A DNA stretch of 64,000 bases, taken from NCBI RefSeq assembly GCF_009914755.1, contig NC_060936.1; one strand, given 5' to 3'. A program made the position numbers and the translations under genes. The first letter of the stretch is position 1, and each line of letters begins with the position of its first letter. This stretch comes from the human T2T-CHM13v2.0 reference genome, Homo sapiens. This document shows, one piece after another, positions 56,661-64,000 of the stretch. The notes under the pieces were generated by a model, which had not been told where the DNA came from, ran no database searches, and saw only the letters and a program-made list of their open reading frames with translations.

Positions 56661-57990
56661 ATGTAATATTCTAATAGTATGTAAGCATGGAGAGTCATCT
56701 CAAAGTCTGTGGCCCAAGTGTAAGCTGTTGTCACTGAACGGTTAGATTTATTCTCATTTTTGCTTGCTTTAAGCTTTTTGTGCTTTTTCATTTTTTGTAA
56801 GGAGCATGTTATGTTGTATGACCCGAAACAATACAATTTATTTAAAAATACATTAAAGATAAAGAATACTCATAATTGTCTTTTATTCAAGTATGTTAAT
56901 AAAATTTTGGAACATATTTTTATCATCTGAATATGTAGGACCTTTTGCTTATAATGCTTTGTTTAATTTTTCAGATTACTTTGTATTTAAACTAATCTGA
57001 GTCTGTTAGATCATAGCATATATTTTTACATGTTAGAAGCCTATATTGGTATTCTTTTCTTTGAACTTGATTATTTCATGGACCACATGAAATAATCTCT
57101 TGTTGCAGTTAGTTTCTGATTACCAAAATCTAAAAGGAATAAAAAAGGCAGTTTCTCTTTTTAACTGCTCTCAGAACCACACTAAAATCTCTATGAAGTC
57201 TTTTGATGTAGAGTTCAAATAGTTTATATTTCCTTGCAGGTAGAATTTCTGTTTCCACAGACAAGCAATTATTCTCCCTAAACTCTATCTCAGGGTAGAA
57301 TGTCTTCCATTTTATGAAATCTGATCTCACTTTAAACAACACAAATGCCATTTTGCTTTATCTGAGATTAATTCAGAAAGGAAGATAATTTGTTTATTTA
57401 ATACTTCGGTTCATATAATACAAATTTCCTGAAGTTTTTTTTCCTCTTGGAAATCTTTTAAGGGAAAAGTGCTAAGATTCTATTCAGTAGAAACTTCTGC
57501 AAATTCTCATGTATGAAATTTAGATCGTTAAAGGTGAGAAAGCTGTACCATTCTTGATAAGTGAACAAATTAATTTACTGATGTGGTATCACCAAATATT
57601 GTCTACTATATCAATACTAGGAATTGAAAAAGCTGGCATAAATTAGGAGAAAGTAATAACTTTGACCTTCCAAGTTCAGGACCTTGATCAGTAAAACTCT
57701 TTAATTTTTGTGTTGAGTCATGATAACAATGAAGGGGAAAACAGTTGCATGATCTACATTATGAACTTCTGATACACAGGGAGTTACACCCATTTTGTAT
57801 TTTGAATAGTTTAAATAATCTTTATTCTGAGGGTGACTCCTCTACTCATTACATATGCTTTAAATAGCAATCAGAAATCATTTTTTGCCTTCATCAGGAT
57901 TGTTTAATCTTATACATACATATAATCACCTTTTTAGAATGGCATTGCCAATTTTTTTTTTTTTTTTACAGGGATAGTGACATTGTCTCT

Positions 57991-58165
57991 TGTCTTAGAC
58001 CGTTTGTGTTGCCATGAAGGAATACCTGAGACTGGGTTATTTGTGAAGAAAAGAGGTTTATTTAGCTCACGGCTCTTCAGGTTGTACCAGAAGTATGGCA
58101 CCCGTGTCTGCTTCTGGTGAGGGCCTCAGGAAACTTCCACTCATGGCAGAAGGCAAAGGGGAGCT
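57991..58165 (-). mobile_element. MSTB-like LTR, 3' part only
   Basis: tgtcttagaccgtttgtgttgcc...aaagaggtttatt...ctgcttctggtgagggcctcagg...gaaggcaaaggggagc. Confidence 0.9.
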
Positions 58166-59174
58166 AATGATAAATGTTTACTTTTCATCTTGATCTGTCT
58201 ATGAAGACATGAATCTCTTTATTTCTCCTTTTAGATTCTGTTTCACTGAAGCTCAAAGATAGTAAGGACCCCAGGCATTTCAGCATGTCTGCACTTACTG
58301 GCCTATTTCTTTAAGTGTGGAACTGGCAACTGTTACAATTCCAGCTTGAAATGAATATATATATAATCGTTCTTAAAATGCAAGCTGTATCATGTATGTG
58401 TTTACTCATATGATTGTTCACTGAACATAGATAATAACTGACTTTACTATTATTGCTGTTTTAAAGATGAGTACTTAGAACAATATTAATGACCTGATTT
58501 TGAACATAAAAAAGGTATTTTCAAAGTTTTAATGGTTGTATTTTGTGTTTTAACTAGATAGACTATTTAAATGCAATCAATTTTAATGGATGAGCTTCTT
58601 GAATACCATTCTTTCTAAAAAGCTGTTTCTACAAGTTCCTATTGTCACTGATAGCTAATATTTACTTTATACTCTTAAGCATTTGGCCAAGGGATAGAAA
58701 CCATTCTAGGCTTAACCCCACAAGGGCTCTAGTTCTATAATAGAAAACTGTTGCCACAATCCATCAATTACCACTTAGTGATCTCATTCATGCCCTCCTT
58801 CCTGTTCCCAAGGCTACCATCCTAGTTCAGAACCTCATACCCTTTCCTTGACGTTTCAATAGCCTCCTAGCTCAACCACCCAGGCGTCTTACTCATGGTT
58901 TCCAAATTAATGTCCTTCAAAGTACATTTTCTCATGATGCTGCTTTCTTACACATGCACATTGACTGCTAGTTTAACAGATATTATAAATACTTATTCAG
59001 TTCAGGAGCTGTGCCAGGCTCTGCTAATATAAAAATGAATAAAACAGAATTCCTGCCTTTGAGACATTTATATGTTCCCAGGGGAAATTTTTATGCAGTA
59101 TCTACTCTGTAGAATTTCCTAGAAATTAAATGCATAACTTTATGGCCACACTGATATGTCTTTATATGTGTTTT

Positions 59175-59181
59175 ACACACA

Positions 59182-59215
<34 letters not shown>
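59175..59215. repeat. (CA)n microsatellite
   Basis: About 20 AC units with one interruption. Confidence 0.97.
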
Positions 59216-59219
<4 letters not shown>

Positions 59220-60258
59220 TATGCACATGCATAATACAGTCAGTTAGGATGTGTGGATATGAACCTGACATGGGTGTGTGAGAAAATCACATTGTATTTT
59301 ATATGCAAATTTAATTTGTAATCTGAGCATTCATTCTATTCACATGATAGAAATGTACTAACAATTTGGGACTTCACTAGATTGTTGGGTAAATTCTGGG
59401 AGCTTATATACTACCTCTGTAGAGGGAAGGCATGTGATCTTCCATGTTGCCTAAGTGTGCTGGCGATCATTAAGTTGACTAGTTGTTTTGTCAACACAGG
59501 TCTCTGTTAAAAAGCATGCCTTATTCTATCTACCTGGCCAGGTGAGCCCTGATCCACCAGTCCTCTATTTTTTTGTTTGTGATTCCTAATCCTGGAACAT
59601 CCCGAGTCTCTTCAACCTACCTCTCTCAAATGTTTGCTTTATGCTTAAAATTCTCCCCCTTTCTGTAAATGGCTTCTGTGCTTTTACAAATCAAAGGCTA
59701 AATGGCTTCCATGTTGCTTTCCTTTCCACTGTCTGAGTACTGAACACCACAGTGACATGAAGTAGGGGAGGAAGTTTGTGAGGGAAGAGCAGAAGCTGAG
59801 CAGAGGGAAAAGAGGGAATTTACAAGGGGGAGATTGTTTAATATATCAAAAATAATTCATTACTTATACATACATGAAAACCATTATATATATATCTAAT
59901 ATATGTAATATTATATTGGCCTCTTATACTATAGCAGAAGGTATGATGCTACTGTGTCACTTATAACTCTTCTCAGAACCCACAGGCATGAGCAGCATAT
60001 GCAGCAGTGCAGAGAGGCCTATGGGCATTTACAGTGATGCCAAACATTGCAGTATTTATGGGTGTCTATTTAATTATATTAAATCCTGTGCTATTTGCTC
60101 TGGGCTAATATTTGAGATGCTTTTAAAGAAGCTTTTTCAGAAATCCATAATCTGATCTGGAACTCTAGCATTTCATTTTTAAGCCAGCATCTACCCTGAT
60201 GTATTATAAAATATTTGCCAGTTAACCATGAGTAGCACTCTTAAGATTCTGATGTTTA

Positions 60259-60559
60259 GGCTGGGTGCAGTGGCTCATGCCTGTAATCCCAGCACTTTGG
60301 GAGGCTGAGGCGGGTGGATCACGAGGTCAGGAGTTCGAGACCAGCCTGACTAACATGGTGAAACCCCATCTCTACTAAAAATACAAAGAAAAAATTAGCC
60401 GGGCATGGTGGTGTGTGCCTGTAATCCCAGCTACTCAGGAGGCTGAGGCAGGAGAATCGCTTGAACCCCTGCAGGAGGAGGTTGCAGTGAGCCAAGATCG
60501 CACCACTGAACTCTAGCCTGGGCAACAAAGCGAGACTCTGTCTCAAAAAAAAAAAAAAA
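60259..60559 (+). mobile_element. AluSg-like, full length
   Basis: ggatcacgaggtcaggagttcgagaccagcctgac; A-tail; TSD attctgatg(t/c)tta. Confidence 0.96.
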
Positions 60560-60599
60560 TTCTGATGCTTAATATTGTTTTCCAATCAGCCATCTAAAA

Positions 60600-60800
60600 T
60601 AATAATGATAATTCTTTTAATTCACTTATTGAGTGTTATGTTGTTTCAGCTATAAATAAAATGATTTTATGTGAATTATTTCATTTAATCCTCACAACGA
60701 TGCTGTCGTATACTCTATTTTGTCCTATCTATTTTGTGGATGAAGAATGAAGGCTTAGAGAATTACTCAAAATTACGCAGCAAACTGTCTGTAACTTAAC
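60600..60800 (-). mobile_element. MIR SINE
   Basis: attatttcatttaatcctcacaac...attttgtggatgaagaatgaaggcttagaga. Confidence 0.7.
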
Positions 60801-62769
60801 TTCAGACTAATGTCAAGCTTCTATGGAGGGAGGAGAAGGAGGACAGATGAAAAGAAATGTGATTAAGTCCTATGGTATACAATTTTGGTATCTATAAATT
60901 GGCCTAATAGTAGCATATATCTTATGGAGTTTGCATATTAAAAATAGTTAATGTAAATAAACCATTTAGCATGTTGAATGGACCTACTAAGTATTCAGTA
61001 ATTATTCATTATTAACTTTTTCATGAAATAATATAGGAATAACTGTGGAACAATAGGTGTGCAAATATTTTATTTTGGGTATAATTAATGTAACAGAAAC
61101 ATAGTTGAGACACTGCTTCTCACAAATCATTAATGACCAGTGATGTCACAAACTATGGTGTTCATGCCACTGAAAGGATTATCTCTTAATTATCTCTTTA
61201 CTTACTAATAACTGTTATCTCTTTCTTTTCTTCATATACTGCTTTGTGATTTTTCCTGTGCTCACTCACTCTTTCTTCCTCTCCATAAAATGTCTTCACA
61301 TTGTCTGATAACTTTTCTTTGTTTCCCTTTCTTTCCATCCTTTATTTTCAGGCTCTTGGATTTGACATTGAAGTTAGGAACCCATCCAGTAACTGATCTT
61401 CTCATCTGTAGCCTTAGAGACTGAACTTCTCCACCAAAATGTTAATCAAGCAAATAATTTCTACCAGGACAAGATGAAAATAGATGAAAGCACCTGCCCC
61501 CAACCCCATCCAAGTTCTGAAAATTGAGAAGAAGAGTTTTACTATTTTTGTAGAATTTTTTTCAGTATGAAATCACTTTTCTCAGAATGACATCAATCTG
61601 GAGATATTTTTGATAATGACAAGGACTTGACAGTAAACATGTTTTATGATGTTCCTTTCTTGAGAGATGGTCTTCCTTGTATTCTCATTATGAGAATTAC
61701 GGTCTTCCTCATATTTCCAACTCCTGGCACAGTGACTGGCACATAGTAGGTGCTTAAAATTTGTTGAAAGACAAAATAACAGTAATTATAAGAGTTATAT
61801 AAGTATAATTATAATCATGGTATGTGGATCAGTACCCATTTGTGCAATATACCTGTTGATGGTGTTTAAACTCAGTCTCATCAATTCTGGGTGACTTACT
61901 GTCAGAAACATATTCACATACACATCTCACAAAAGGCAGAAGCACATACACATACACACCTCACAGACAGATTCCAAATCTAATTTAAACAATAATGTAA
62001 ATATTCACCTCATTCTGCAAGTCTTATATTGAAGACCCTATGCACAAATTCATTTGACTCTCCAAAAAGGCCCAACACTTTTCAAAACTGCTTCACTACT
62101 TAAGAATGTCCTAGGGATAGGGATAGGGAAGAGTGAATATTCTTCGCTGTTCGCGGGCATGTTCTAGCTGGACTACTTGAGATACTGTTAAGAAGCTTAG
62201 GCAATCTATAATTATTATCTGAGAATTCTGTGTTTATATTTTTGGATGTAGCAAAGAAACTTCAAAATTTGACTTCAAAGAAGAACTCTGAATACCAGAT
62301 GATTAATATTTCACAAAAACAAAGAATAAATTGAGAAGCAAAGGAATTCATTATCCTTGCAAAAATAAAATTACTTATGTGCAAATATGAGAAAGGTCAT
62401 TGTATCTGATGCTGGCATTATGCATAAAGAGATGAGGCTTCTTTTGATGTGTTTATTATAATGATTTGCCATGGGACTGAGTTATGAAATCATGGCATGT
62501 AATTAAAATGCAGAGTCTCTGAGTCCTGTAGTAACATGCTAGTGGGCTTAAAGCAACCTCAGACCCACTCTTGGCTATTTGTGAACATATTTTATGTTTA
62601 GAGAATAAAAAGAAATTAACTTTTTATGTATCAGATGAGTAATCACATAATAAAGCATAATTGCTGTGAGACAATTAACATCTCAATATGATTTGATATT
62701 TGCTATCCTGTAAAAGATTATTTCCTGGACCTTATCATGAGAGTATTAAAGTTGAAAGTTATGAAATGG

Positions 62770-63010
62770 AGTACAGAGTATTATAGTGATCTTACATAAA
62801 AGATTTAGGGTCAAAACACATAAATTCACATTCTGGCTTTCTGCCTTTTTCTTCTGATAAAACTCAGCAAATATTGATTTTTCTGAGCCACCATTCTTCA
62901 TTTTTAAATAGTGGAAACAATATCTATTTACCTATCACAAAGAAGTTTCATAACTAAAATTAAAAATTTTAAATTGTAAAGAACCTATTAATGGAATGCA
63001 AGTTATGCTC
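62770..63010 (+). mobile_element. MIR SINE (degenerate)
   Basis: ttcacattctggct...tctgagcc..cattcttcattttt...aacaatatcta. Confidence 0.55.
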
Positions 63011-63779
63011 TAAAATACTAATTTTTGTTATTGCAAAGTATTAGTAAGAGTGAGATATTCTCCGTGACCACACTGAAATGGAAGTGATTCTTATGACACC
63101 TGCTGATTTCTATGTGGCTCTGGATGGATTTATCACAACTCTAAGAGACATTTGTGCAAATGTGGCTTTGGTTTCAGTTCTCAATCTGATGTTTTTATCA
63201 TTTTTTATATAAGCTTTTTGAAAACAGATAGGTTTCCCAAGCGTTTTGCCATTTACCCTTTATGGATCTATGCAAGAAATTTATGCGTGCGAGTTTTATT
63301 GTCTTAAGGAAATATTTGGAACAATTTTACCCTTTCTTTTGATCATATTCTTTGGCTCATTTAAGAGATTGCTATATTACTTGGTGAGTCTAAAATTGAG
63401 TATCCTGTTTATATATCTGAAACAGGTAATGGGTAATATCACCTTGAGTCTGGCAGTACTCGAGAGGAAAAATTACATTGATTCTCTGACTTGAGTAAGA
63501 ATATCTTGTTCACAATATGTTTGTGAAAACTTTTTCTACTCTTCCTTTTGCCCTTTATGACTGTCATATCTCAATTCCACAAATTCAGGGTAAAAATGAG
63601 CTTCTAGTCATATCTAGGACAGTTATCCCAAAATATTTATTTAGATATTTAAATCATCCCTAAGCTAGAGAAGATGTGAAATAGCTTTAATTGACTGAAT
63701 GACTTTGCATTTCTTTCAACAAAATAAATCCCTGTATATGGTTCAGGAATAACTAGATAATATATTTAAATATCTTGAG

Positions 63780-63915
63780 AAAATAGAGTCAGCAGTCCTG
63801 GATTACCAGCTGTGTAACCTTGAGGGATTTAGCCAACCTCTCTGACCTTCAGCATTCTCTTCCACAAATAAGAAGAGGGATAATAATACCTAGTCTAGGC
63901 ACACAGATTTGTGGT
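63780..63915 (+). mobile_element. MIR SINE fragment
   Basis: ttaccagctgtgtaaccttgagg...aacctctctgaccttcagcattctc...gggataataatacct. Confidence 0.75.
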
Positions 63916-63920
63916 AAATA

Positions 63921-64000
63921 TTATCCTTCTTCTTATTTATAAGAAGAGATATGAGATCTCTGATATGAGAATCTCTTCTTATAAATAATAAGAGGGATAA
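63921..64000. repeat. Near-perfect inverted repeat (30-bp arms, 28/30 match, 20-nt loop), possibly cut by the window end
   Basis: 63921-63950 ttatccttcttcttatttataagaagagat vs reverse complement of 63971-64000 ttatccctcttattatttataagaagagat. Confidence 0.95.

Noticed and set aside
62113-62175. gggatagggataggg and the p53-like half-site gggcatgttc
   Set aside because: Only three G-runs and a single half-site; insufficient for a G4 or a p53 response element

Overview
AT-rich, CpG-poor primate genomic DNA, most likely human or great ape (AluY, L1PA2/3-type L1, THE1, MSTB), with no CpG island and no recognisable host protein-coding gene or RNA gene. The window looks like deep intron or gene desert dominated by transposable elements. 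These include a near-full-length old L1 (6.6-15.0 kb) carrying a complete THE1 provirus, a young 5'-truncated L1PA, a long L1MA with a THE1B solo LTR, about ten Alus, and MaLR/ERV1 LTRs, MER1A, MER5, MIR and L2 remnants. The only long ORF (338 aa) is the C-terminus of L1 ORF2p. I found no support for a new gene system. The real oddities are structural. (1) Two inverted templated copies of nearby DNA (168 bp and 153 bp, each about 0.55 kb from its template) interrupt TEs. (2) An iterated fold-back hairpin sits at the window end. (3) A perfect 104-bp tandem duplication covers a degenerate CCCTAA-like tract. (4) A palindromic 22-bp AT minisatellite is present. (5) A ~150-bp twin-primed L1 is present. 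(6) Two complementary halves of an MSTB LTR lie 9.3 kb apart in swapped order. Repeat subfamily names come from remembered consensus motifs, not from a search, and boundaries of ancient repeats are approximate.
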